Assembly (NCBI GenBank): GCA_964450885.1
Contig: CAYVFE010000002.1
Span: 116,494 to 180,493, forward strand
DNA: 64,000 nt
Direction: 5' to 3'
Source of the DNA: an uncultured Gammaproteobacteria bacterium
Lineage (GTDB): Bacteria > Patescibacteriota > Microgenomatia > Levybacterales > GWA1-39-11
Shown here: positions 56,043 to 64,000 of the stretch, piece after piece
Layout: every line of letters starts with the position of its first letter
How positions within the stretch are numbered: the first letter of the stretch is position 1
Program-made: the position numbers and the translations under genes
Notes under the pieces: generated by a model
Seen by the model: only the letters and a program-made list of their open reading frames with translations
Database searches by the model: none
Told to the model about the DNA's origin: nothing

Positions 56043-57152
56043 TTAAAGTTCGGGAATCAGACTCTCGCCCGAAATAAGTCTACCCACATCAAATACAGTT
56101 ATAAGCACCATAAGTGAAAGCAAAACTACCAGTCCTGCCGCATGCGCGTAACCTTCATATTTAGGGCTTACCTTTTTTCGTGTAACAAACTCTATTATCT
56201 GAAAGAAAAATCTCCCTCCGTCAAGCGCCGGAATAGGAAGGATATTTAGGACCGCAAGATTTAATGAAAGCAGTGCCACAAACCACAATGTCGCAACCAA
56301 ACCATTTTGAACCACTGCACCCGTTAGCTGGGCAACTCCTACAGGTCCTGCTACTCCCTCAGGTGCCTGCCCAGTAGTCACCAGGTCTGATACCAGTGTC
56401 CCTAGACCCACCACTATCATTTTTGAGAAATTCAATGCTTCAAGTGTTCCATAGTATGGAGCCTCTATCCAAGAGTATTTCTTGAGTTTGATATTCGAAA
56501 TTACGACCCCTATAGCTCCCTGCCCCTCTGGAGCATCGACACGCGGAGTAAGATCTACATCAAATTCCTGTCCATCTCTAAGAACCCTTAGGGTTACCAC
56601 CTCACCCAGATTATCTGCCGTAAAGGCCACGAATTCTTCGCTGGTTTTTATCCCCTCACCATCTACAGCTACTATCTCGTCATTTTCTCTAAGTCCTGCA
56701 GCTTGTGCTGGAGAATTCTCTTGGACTTTATTTACAAGTACATTTTCTGTAGGCACGGCAACACCCTGCGTCGCAAAAAGTGTCGAGATGATTACAACTG
56801 CAAGCAAAAAATTCATCACGACTCCCGCGACAACTACACTCATTCTCTGCCATAAAGGCCTGGCATAAAACGCTCTTGAGATATCCTCATTTTTGATAGA
56901 CGAATCCTTTATCTTTAGACTTCCGCCCCCTGCATCATCCTCTCCATAAAGTTTTACGAATCCTCCGATAGGAAGTAGATTTATCGAGTAAATCGTCTCG
57001 CCGACTTTTTTACCAAAAACGCGAGGCGGAAACCCAAATCCAAACTCCTCCACCTTTATCTTAAAAAACTTTGCGACCAGATAGTGCCCTAGCTCGTGCA
57101 CAAGAACCAGAACAGAAAGAACCAAAATGAAAGCAATAATCGTTACCAACAT
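56043..57152 (-). CDS. rseP: RIP zinc metalloprotease RseP (site-2 protease, M50) with PDZ domain
   Basis: 369 aa. VHELGHYLVAK (HExxH) in TM1, central PDZ, C-terminal LDGG motif (ALDGGRFFFQ). Confidence 0.85.
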   Translation of the reverse strand: MLVTIIAFILVLSVLVLVHELGHYLVAKFFKIKVEEFGFGFPPRVFGKKVGETIYSINLLPIGGFVKLYGEDDAGGGSLKIKDSSIKNEDISRAFYARPLWQRMSVVVAGVVMNFLLAVVIISTLFATQGVAVPTENVLVNKVQENSPAQAAGLRENDEIVAVDGEGIKTSEEFVAFTADNLGEVVTLRVLRDGQEFDVDLTPRVDAPEGQGAIGVVISNIKLKKYSWIEAPYYGTLEALNFSKMIVVGLGTLVSDLVTTGQAPEGVAGPVGVAQLTGAVVQNGLVATLWFVALLSLNLAVLNILPIPALDGGRFFFQIIEFVTRKKVSPKYEGYAHAAGLVVLLSLMVLITVFDVGRLISGESLIPEL

Positions 57153-57405
57153 AGACTCCCATTATACATAATAAATAAAATTCATAGTAGCCCTAAACAT
57201 ATTCCTATATTGTTATCGCTTTAAGCGATCCTCCCGCCTTCCTTGTCGTTGTGCGGAGATAGTATGAAAATCGACGCTTTCGAGCGTTAAAAAACTGAAA
57301 GGCGAAGTCCGGAGTTTTAGTGAGACAAGCAAGGTTTGAATACTTGAGACGCACACAGACAAGAGCTTTTTGCTACTTTTTACGGCAAAAAGTAGAGAGG
57401 ACTAT

Positions 57406-57858
57406 TTATATGGAGATTCTGGTAAACTTTCCTATCTGAATATTCTCACCAAGCTTTGCGATCGCTTCTTTGACAAGATCGCCAATCGTCTTGGACCCAT
57501 CACGGATATAATCTTGAGCCAAAAGCTCTTTCTCGTCCTTAGGGTCCATAGCAGCTATCTGCATGGAGACTTCATGAGCAAGATTCTTGAATTCGTCAGT
57601 TCTTGCGACAAAATCCGTCTCACAAAGAACCGAGAGGACTACCCCGATCTTGCCGTTCAGATGAACATAAGTATCAACTAGTCCGCTTCCTGTCTCGCGG
57701 TCTCCTTTTTTTGCAGCTTTTGCAAGCCCTTTTTCCTTCAATAGGCTTTCGGCTTTCTTTAGGTCACCCTTTGCTTCTTCAAGCGCATTCTTGCAATCAG
57801 CAAATCCTGCTCCTGTCATCTCTCTTAGTTTTTTTATATCTGTTGCGTTAAGTTTCAT
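57406..57858 (-). CDS. tsf: elongation factor Ts (short form)
   Basis: 150 aa. ATDIKKLREMTGAGFADCKNALEEAKGDLKKAESLLKEKG (UBA-like N-terminal domain), then a single core domain. Confidence 0.8.
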   Translation of the reverse strand: MKLNATDIKKLREMTGAGFADCKNALEEAKGDLKKAESLLKEKGLAKAAKKGDRETGSGLVDTYVHLNGKIGVVLSVLCETDFVARTDEFKNLAHEVSMQIAAMDPKDEKELLAQDYIRDGSKTIGDLVKEAIAKLGENIQIGKFTRISI

Positions 57859-57861
57859 AGT

Positions 57862-58644
57862 TTATTTCTTATCTGCCTTTTCTTTTTTCGCGGCTTCTTT
57901 TTCAGCTGCTATTTTTTCCTTCTCGTCTTTTTTACCTTTCTCGCGACTCCCCTCTATCCATGCATCTATTATATAAGATGTAATAAGCTCTATAGAGCCT
58001 ACTGCATCGTCATTTGCTGGAATAGGATGATTCACGCTGGATGGGTCTCCATTTGTATCAACGATTCCGGCACTGGCGACCTTTACTCTCTTTGCTTCGT
58101 TCACTGCGGTTTTCTCAAAATGTGTGTCGATTATGAAAAGAGCATCAGGAGCTGCTTTTAGACTTCTTACTCCCTGATAGAAATTCTTTAGCTTCGCTAT
58201 TTCACGTTCGAATAAAGCAAGTTCCCTCTTTGTGTATTCTTTTGATTTTTCTGTTCCGACGAGCGATTCGAGCTCATCAAGCTTTTTGAAGTTTTTTGAG
58301 ACTTCAGGAAAATTCGTCAGGACTCCTCCGACCCAGCGTGAAGTTACATAATGAATAGTATCAGGTGTTGCCACTCTCGCTCTCTCTACCTGATCTTCAA
58401 CGACTTGTTTTGCCTGTCTTTTCGTTCCTACAACTATCATCGTCTTACCTTCTGCAGCAAGATTCTTTACGAACTCCGCTGCATCCATAAGTCCTTTATG
58501 GGTCTGCTCCAGATCTATGATGTGCACATTGCTACGCGGTTCGAAAATAAATGAATTTGCTTTTGGGTTCGACCTATTTACCTGATGTCCGAAATGGCAA
58601 CCAGCTGACAATAATTCTTCTAGTGTAATTTGTTTCATAGTCAA
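57862..58644 (-). CDS. rpsB: 30S ribosomal protein S2
   Basis: 260 aa. ELLSAGCHFGHQVNRSNPKANSFIF is the canonical S2 N-terminus. Lys/Glu-rich C-terminal tail. 3 nt upstream of tsf. Confidence 0.9.
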   Translation of the reverse strand: MTMKQITLEELLSAGCHFGHQVNRSNPKANSFIFEPRSNVHIIDLEQTHKGLMDAAEFVKNLAAEGKTMIVVGTKRQAKQVVEDQVERARVATPDTIHYVTSRWVGGVLTNFPEVSKNFKKLDELESLVGTEKSKEYTKRELALFEREIAKLKNFYQGVRSLKAAPDALFIIDTHFEKTAVNEAKRVKVASAGIVDTNGDPSSVNHPIPANDDAVGSIELITSYIIDAWIEGSREKGKKDEKEKIAAEKEAAKKEKADKK

Positions 58645-58745
58645 TCCTTATTCCTCCATTCGGCTTGATGATTCAGGATTGCTCCACCGAATGTGCGTTA
58701 TGAAGCTGATTATAGCAAATATATCCAGGCAAGACAAGTGGCGCC

Positions 58746-59675
58746 TTGACTATCTCGAATTATTGTATCTACAATAAACATATGGCAAACAATAAACGCG
58801 GTGGGATATTTTTTTCTGGCGGTAATAGCGGTGGGGGGTTCTCGTCACTACTCTCAGGCGGCAAACCTGTCTTTTTCCTATTTTTGGCAATAGTTATAGG
58901 TGGTGCATTCCTGCTTGGCGGAGGTAACCCATTCCCCCAAAATCAGCTCACAGTACCGGATGATGGAGTTTATGAGATCGATGAAGAATCACTAAAGGAC
59001 CTCGATAATGCGCGTGGAAATCTACAACTAAAGACTATAAAGTTCAAAGAATGTGCAGGCGTGACGGCTATCACCATGATGCTTGATACAACCGGTTCTA
59101 TGGAAACCCCCACCAGTAAAATAAATAATCTTAAAAGCTCAGTACTAGCATTTACCAGCTCTATGTCTGATGAGTCGGTAGTCGGAATCGAAAGGTTTAA
59201 TGGAGATATCGGGGTCGTAACTGAAGTTCCAGTATCACTGTATAAAGATGTAAAGGACATAATTCCAGGAAGGATCAACTCCATAAATCCCAATGGTGGA
59301 ACAAATACCATAGAGGCGTTGCAGAGGGCTCGAGAAACTCTAATACAAGCCCAAAGCGCGTATCCTGAACGTAATTTCTCGCTGATTTTCGTGTCAGATG
59401 GGCTCCCTAACATCCCAGGAGGTATCGACCTAAGTCCTCAAGCAGACCCACGTCAGCAGAATCCGAATCCCGCTGATGAGATAAAAAATCTCGGAGTGAC
59501 AATATATTCTATAGGTATATTCGGAGCAGGCGATACTCAAGGACTAACACTTATGAGAGACTTAGCATCCAGGCCTGACACCTTTTACAATACTCCAAAT
59601 GGCGCGGAACTTGAGAACATCTATAAATCGATATCACAAAAAATCTGTAGCTCTGTACAGACCGTAAATAACTGA
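58746..59675 (+). CDS. von Willebrand factor type A (VWA) domain protein, membrane-anchored
   Basis: 309 aa (start may be MANNKRGG at 58782). Gly-rich N-terminus plus TM. MIDAS-like DTTGSM, downstream NGGTN and VSDG positions typical of VWA. Confidence 0.6.
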   Translation: MTISNYCIYNKHMANNKRGGIFFSGGNSGGGFSSLLSGGKPVFFLFLAIVIGGAFLLGGGNPFPQNQLTVPDDGVYEIDEESLKDLDNARGNLQLKTIKFKECAGVTAITMMLDTTGSMETPTSKINNLKSSVLAFTSSMSDESVVGIERFNGDIGVVTEVPVSLYKDVKDIIPGRINSINPNGGTNTIEALQRARETLIQAQSAYPERNFSLIFVSDGLPNIPGGIDLSPQADPRQQNPNPADEIKNLGVTIYSIGIFGAGDTQGLTLMRDLASRPDTFYNTPNGAELENIYKSISQKICSSVQTVNN

Positions 59676-59977
59676 TGAAAAAACCTTATAGTATCGTCCG
59701 AAATCAAGAATCGGGTTTTGCTTTCGTTCTTATCATTATAATAGTAGTTCTTTTCTTTAGTATAACTCTTGTGTCGGGTGCAGATAAATTTGTCCTGTCT
59801 GAGGAAAAACCTCGCTCGTCAAGTAGCGGCACAGGAAATGCCCCCACCCCAACTCCGGCAGACTCTGGGTCAACCCCCACACCTACAGCAACGCCTACGA
59901 CGACTCCACAGAATGCTGCGCCCGATGCACAGGAAAGACTTTTACAGCAGCAACAGCTAATCGAGCCAGCACAATAG
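59675..59977 (+). CDS. hypothetical pilin-like/membrane-anchored Pro/Thr-rich protein
   Basis: 100 aa. MKKPYSIVRNQESGFAFVLIIIIVVLFFSITLV resembles a class III (prepilin-like) signal without the conserved Glu5. Overlaps the VWA gene stop (ATGA). Confidence 0.35.
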   Translation: MKKPYSIVRNQESGFAFVLIIIIVVLFFSITLVSGADKFVLSEEKPRSSSSGTGNAPTPTPADSGSTPTPTATPTTTPQNAAPDAQERLLQQQQLIEPAQ

Positions 59978-59998
59978 ACTCTCCGAGTTCATATTTCG

Positions 59999-61360
59999 TT
60001 GACTTTACGGTCTTTTTGGGCTATTATAGTTAGACTCATGATAAAGTCCCTATCCTCTACCGACCCTGAAATAGACAAAATCCTAAAGGAAGAAGAACGA
60101 CGACAAAAAGAAACGATCGCCCTCATACCATCCGAAAATTATGCATCTACAGCAGTAAGATCCGCTCTCGGGTCAGTTCTCACGAATAAATATTCTGAAG
60201 GATATCCCAAAAAAAGATATTATCAGGGAAATAAAAATGCCGACAACGCAGAAATACTTGCTATAGAGCGCGCAAAAAAACTATTTAAGGTGGCTCACGC
60301 AAATGTCCAGCCATATTCTGGGTCCCCTGCAAATCTGGCGATTTATGTAGCGCTATGCAAAGTCGGAGACACTGTTATGGGACACGCTCTTCCAGATGGA
60401 GGCCATCTCACCCACGGGTGGAAAGCGAGCGTCACAGGCAAATACTACAATGGCGTCCAATATCATCTGGACAAAGATGGATATATAGATCTCGAGGAAG
60501 TAAAAAAACTAGCCAGACAGCACAAGCCAAAAGTTATCTTCATAGGAGCGACAGCTTACTCACGGACACTACCTTTCGCACAATTCGCGGAAATTGCAGA
60601 GAAAGCAAAAGCATATCTCGTAGCAGATGTCTCCCACATCGCAGGACTTATCGCAGGCGGCGCGCACCCTTCACCCAGCCTTTATGTTGATGTGATCATG
60701 ACAACCACCCACAAAACACTACGCGGGCCGCGAGGAGCTATGATAATGGTTACAAAAAAAGGCCTTCGCCGCGACAAGGATCTAGCGGACAAGATCGATA
60801 GCGCGGTATTTCCAGGGCTTCAAGGAGGACCACATGATGACCAGACAGCGGCAATCGCTGTTGCACTAAAAGAAGCAGATTCTGATAATTTCAAGAAATA
60901 TGCAAAGCAAATAGTTGCGAATGCAAAAACGCTCGCAAAAGAACTCACCAATTATGGATTTGATATCGTAAGTGGAGGGACCGACAACCATCTGATGCTT
61001 ATAGATCTTCGGAATAAAAAAATAAACGGGGCGCTCGCTGCGTATGCTCTCGAGAAAGTAAATATAGTCGTCAATAAAAATTCTGTACCAAATGATACCA
61101 ATCCCCCATTCTATCCCTCAGGAATCCGCATAGGGACTCCGGCCATAACGACACGTGGTATGAAAGAGGATGATATGAAAAAGGTCGCAGGCTGGATAAA
61201 TGATACTATCGTCGCGTGCGGCGAATGGGGACTACCAACGACCAAAGAAAAACGGAATGTATTTTTCAAAGCATTTAAAGATGATATAAATAAGAATAAG
61301 GAGCTTGAAAAAATTGCGAATGAAGTAAAAAAAACTGCAGTAAAATTCCCCCTACCCTAG
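59999..61360 (+). CDS. glyA: serine hydroxymethyltransferase
   Basis: 453-aa ORF (true start probably MIKSLSSTDP at ~60038). LIPSENYAS, KYSEGYP, PLP-Lys in TTTHKTLRGPRG. Confidence 0.9.
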   Translation: MTLRSFWAIIVRLMIKSLSSTDPEIDKILKEEERRQKETIALIPSENYASTAVRSALGSVLTNKYSEGYPKKRYYQGNKNADNAEILAIERAKKLFKVAHANVQPYSGSPANLAIYVALCKVGDTVMGHALPDGGHLTHGWKASVTGKYYNGVQYHLDKDGYIDLEEVKKLARQHKPKVIFIGATAYSRTLPFAQFAEIAEKAKAYLVADVSHIAGLIAGGAHPSPSLYVDVIMTTTHKTLRGPRGAMIMVTKKGLRRDKDLADKIDSAVFPGLQGGPHDDQTAAIAVALKEADSDNFKKYAKQIVANAKTLAKELTNYGFDIVSGGTDNHLMLIDLRNKKINGALAAYALEKVNIVVNKNSVPNDTNPPFYPSGIRIGTPAITTRGMKEDDMKKVAGWINDTIVACGEWGLPTTKEKRNVFFKAFKDDINKNKELEKIANEVKKTAVKFPLP

Positions 61361-62391
61361 AAGTTTGCTTCGGGCTTTCCTTCTCTTAAATCATATTCTA
61401 TTCCCTCGTTCATTCTTCTGTAGAAAGCAAGTGCCGTATCCATCTCTTCAGCCCGCTGCTTTCCCTCAAGATAAAGCTGGATTATACTATCTGCTATCTC
61501 TTCCTGAGCATACGCGATAAAAAGCGGAACACTCCCTGATGTAGTCTGCTCTGGGTCAAATTTATAAGGCGTTTTCTTACCAGTTTCTGTATCAACACTT
61601 ATTGCTTTTCCGCCTCCGTTTAGAAGAAATGGTAACCCAGGGTCTATCTCCGACCTTGGCTCATTCATCATTACATAAGCATCTAAAGCACCCGAACCTA
61701 AATAAGCATATATAAAAGCTCCTCCTCCAGGATAAAGAAACTGTTTTCTCTCAAAAGCCTCTACCATGCTACTGAAATTCTTTGCAAAAGGAAGAAAATA
61801 TTCTCCTTCGCTGACGAAAGACGCTATAGAAACGTTAGGATCCCTGAAGTCCTTTCTTTTTGATATAGAAAGCTCAGTTACTTCACCAGTCTCGACATCT
61901 TTAACTGTATTTTTATTCTTCGTAGACCTAAAGATTCTATTACCATCGATGTCTACTATCACAGCACCTATCGGATTGCGGGTCTTGTGATCAAAAGCAC
62001 CCCCAACTGTATAAGGTCGAACATCAAGCCCTCTTATGTATGGACTCGTATTGTCGAGTGAATCATTTGTGAAGTCGACAAGAGGCTCCTGACCCTCCAC
62101 AGTAGTATAGGTATTCTGCTCTCCGATTATTCTTGAAGGTAGGTTGTGCCCTCTGGCAATATTTGCAAATAAATGCTCTCCTACGGAGTCTATCAGGTGC
62201 ATTTGCTCACCAGGCCTATTTCTAACATAGCCTAGTACTTCTTTTGCTCTTCCAGCTCTTATCATGGGACGCATGGTTGCAAGACTTTGCTCACCATACT
62301 CTGTAAGGACTGTATTAGTCCTCTGATTTAGCTCTCTGGTCGATAAGTGCTCTGTATTTTGTGGCGGCATGCCGCCTTCTGGAAATGACAT
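61357..62391 (-). CDS. inositol monophosphatase/FIG-superfamily-like protein (tentative)
   Basis: 344 aa. LGSGALDAYVMMNE resembles the IMPase GSAALD...AY motif. Upstream DxxD/DG-like segments are present. Weak, motif-based. Confidence 0.4.
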   Translation of the reverse strand: MSFPEGGMPPQNTEHLSTRELNQRTNTVLTEYGEQSLATMRPMIRAGRAKEVLGYVRNRPGEQMHLIDSVGEHLFANIARGHNLPSRIIGEQNTYTTVEGQEPLVDFTNDSLDNTSPYIRGLDVRPYTVGGAFDHKTRNPIGAVIVDIDGNRIFRSTKNKNTVKDVETGEVTELSISKRKDFRDPNVSIASFVSEGEYFLPFAKNFSSMVEAFERKQFLYPGGGAFIYAYLGSGALDAYVMMNEPRSEIDPGLPFLLNGGGKAISVDTETGKKTPYKFDPEQTTSGSVPLFIAYAQEEIADSIIQLYLEGKQRAEEMDTALAFYRRMNEGIEYDLREGKPEANF

Positions 62392-62519
62392 TTTTCTAAT
62401 ATAAAATCACCCTGCTTCAAAAGGTGAAGAGAATTTTACCATAGTTATGGGATATTAACAAGCTGGGACTACCGATAATTGACCTTATGGAGTATAATTT
62501 GTAAGAATACGCTAAAATT

Positions 62520-63794
62520 ATGAAGGTAGCAAATGTCATGTCCAGGCAAGTGGACTATATTTCTGCGGACGATAAGGTAGAATATGCCTCTAGACTTATC
62601 TTTGGAAGAGGTATAAATGGTCTTCCTGTCTGCAGAAACAAAAAAGTTATAGGATTTGTTACTGAGCACGATATCATCTCAAAAGTCTTCCCTACGTTCC
62701 AGGAATACATAGAGGATCCAGTACACAATCAGAACTTTGAGGAAATGGAACAGAAAATGTCCGAAGTCTTCAAGATAAAAGTCGAGAAGATAATGAGCAA
62801 GGACATTGTCTCCGTAAAGCCAAGTACTCCACTACTTGAAGCACAGTCTATCATGAAGACACACAACATCGGAAGACTTCCTGTTATCGACGAGGATGGA
62901 AAACTGATAGGCATCATCTCAAACAGCGATGTTTTCAAAGCAGTTGTCAGAGAGCGACTGGCAGTAAGCGTTGACGAAGAATACAACGACTGGCTTTCTA
63001 AAAATTATTACAAGACTGTCGATACTGAGGACAGGCTGGCACATGAACTTCCAGATTTAGTAGAGCTGTTCAAAAAAAATAAGGTAAAGACCGTTATCGA
63101 TGTAGGATGTGGAACAGGCGACCATGTCATAGCACTTGCCAAAGAAGGCTACAAAGTAACTGGAATCGACAGAAGCACACTTATGATAAAGGAGGCAAAA
63201 AAGAGAATGACTGACCTGCCTGCGCATATCAGAAAGCGTATTACATTTATTGTAGGAGAGTATAACGATCTTACAAAGCCCAGAATCGAGACCACTTATG
63301 ACTGCGTCATGATTTGGGGGAATACTCTATCCCACAACCCATATGTCTACAAAAAAACCCTTGATATGTCCTCAGACCTTCTAAGTGGCCCATCTCTTCT
63401 GCTTATTCAGAATACTAACTTTGAAAAAGTCATTAAGACAAAAAATCGACTTTTGAGTCTTTCTTTTGTTGGAAAAAATTCTTATAAATCGACGGGCGAA
63501 GAGCATGCTTTTCTGGAATTCTATGATCCACCGGATGAAGAAGAGATGACGATCCTAAAAACTTTTGCGGTATTTGATAAAACCCAGAATAAATGGGCAG
63601 CATATGGTGTAAAGAATTCTATCTTTGCATACGTTACGAAGATCGGAATCGAAAGACATCTTCTGGGACTAGGGTTCAAGGATATTAATTTTTACGGATC
63701 TTCATTTGATGGGAGAAGCTGGGACTACGTATTTCGCAAACCCTACAGCCCGCTTGAAAGCGATTGGATGAATGTAGTCGCAAAAAAAGGCTAG
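62520..63794 (+). CDS. CBS-pair domain protein fused to class I SAM-dependent methyltransferase
   Basis: 424 aa. Two CBS motifs (VMSRQVDYISADDKV...GLPV; IMSKDIVSVKPSTPL...HNIGRLPV), then VIDVGCGTGDHVIALAKEGYKVTGIDRS (motif I). Confidence 0.7.
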   Translation: MKVANVMSRQVDYISADDKVEYASRLIFGRGINGLPVCRNKKVIGFVTEHDIISKVFPTFQEYIEDPVHNQNFEEMEQKMSEVFKIKVEKIMSKDIVSVKPSTPLLEAQSIMKTHNIGRLPVIDEDGKLIGIISNSDVFKAVVRERLAVSVDEEYNDWLSKNYYKTVDTEDRLAHELPDLVELFKKNKVKTVIDVGCGTGDHVIALAKEGYKVTGIDRSTLMIKEAKKRMTDLPAHIRKRITFIVGEYNDLTKPRIETTYDCVMIWGNTLSHNPYVYKKTLDMSSDLLSGPSLLLIQNTNFEKVIKTKNRLLSLSFVGKNSYKSTGEEHAFLEFYDPPDEEEMTILKTFAVFDKTQNKWAAYGVKNSIFAYVTKIGIERHLLGLGFKDINFYGSSFDGRSWDYVFRKPYSPLESDWMNVVAKKG

Positions 63795-63862
63795 ACAATT
63801 TCCTCATTTAGGGTTGACTTCTTCCCCTTATTATACCTAATATAGAATTAGACTATATTCAA

Positions 63863-64000
63863 ATGAGATCATTTAGAAATCTTATCGATGGTGCTTTTTT
63901 TCATTCATGGCAACGCACTTCTATGGTTCTAGGGGGCATCGTACTAGCACTCGCTCTCCCCATAACAATCTTTCTCACCCAGCAAGAACAGGATATCAGG
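63863..64000 (+). CDS. hypothetical membrane protein (5' partial, runs off window)
   Basis: ATG at 63863. MRSFRNLIDGAFFHSWQRTSMVLGGIVLALALPITIFLTQQ contains a TM helix. Truncated by the window end. Confidence 0.3.
   Translation, partial: MRSFRNLIDGAFFHSWQRTSMVLGGIVLALALPITIFLTQQEQDIR

Overview
This is a 64 kb, low-GC (~38-40%), gene-dense bacterial window with short intergenic spacers and many small or minimal versions of core proteins. Those include a 401-aa ProRS without an editing insertion, a 150-aa EF-Ts and a 451-aa DnaX. Together with lamin-tail-domain, SipW/TasA-like and pilin-like surface proteins, this suggests a reduced-genome lineage, possibly Patescibacteria/CPR-like; that assignment is inference. 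Housekeeping genes: proS, prs, ybaB, an adenosine deaminase-family gene, ispH plus an IDI-like Nudix gene, dnaX, ybeY, rpsU, ychF, recR, frr, rseP, tsf, rpsB and glyA. Other genes: a NadM-type NMN adenylyltransferase, trhO, an FKBP PPIase, an AlkD-like glycosylase, topoisomerase IB and a DnaQ-like exonuclease. Accessory content: a compact csoR-cupredoxin-copA-(permease-cupredoxin)-copZ copper cluster with a divergent DUF305 gene. Two two-component systems, one HK-receiver-HIT operon. A SipW signal peptidase locus with two TasA/camelysin-like secreted proteins, flanked by paralogous membrane-anchored alpha/beta hydrolases. An orphan Cas4-like Fe-S PD-(D/E)XK nuclease. A stand-alone protein of three tandem topoisomerase-I-type zinc ribbons. 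A CofE-like gamma-glutamyl ligase next to a DUF1704-like HExxH protein and two unknowns. A ~0.9 kb GC-rich island (6.7-7.6 kb) with its own promoter, a ~250-nt highly structured leader, two tightly coupled small ORFs (a Trp-rich single-TM peptide and a double zinc ribbon) and a terminator. No rRNA, tRNA or CRISPR array was recognised. All calls rest on reading the supplied translations and sequence by eye; no database searches were run.
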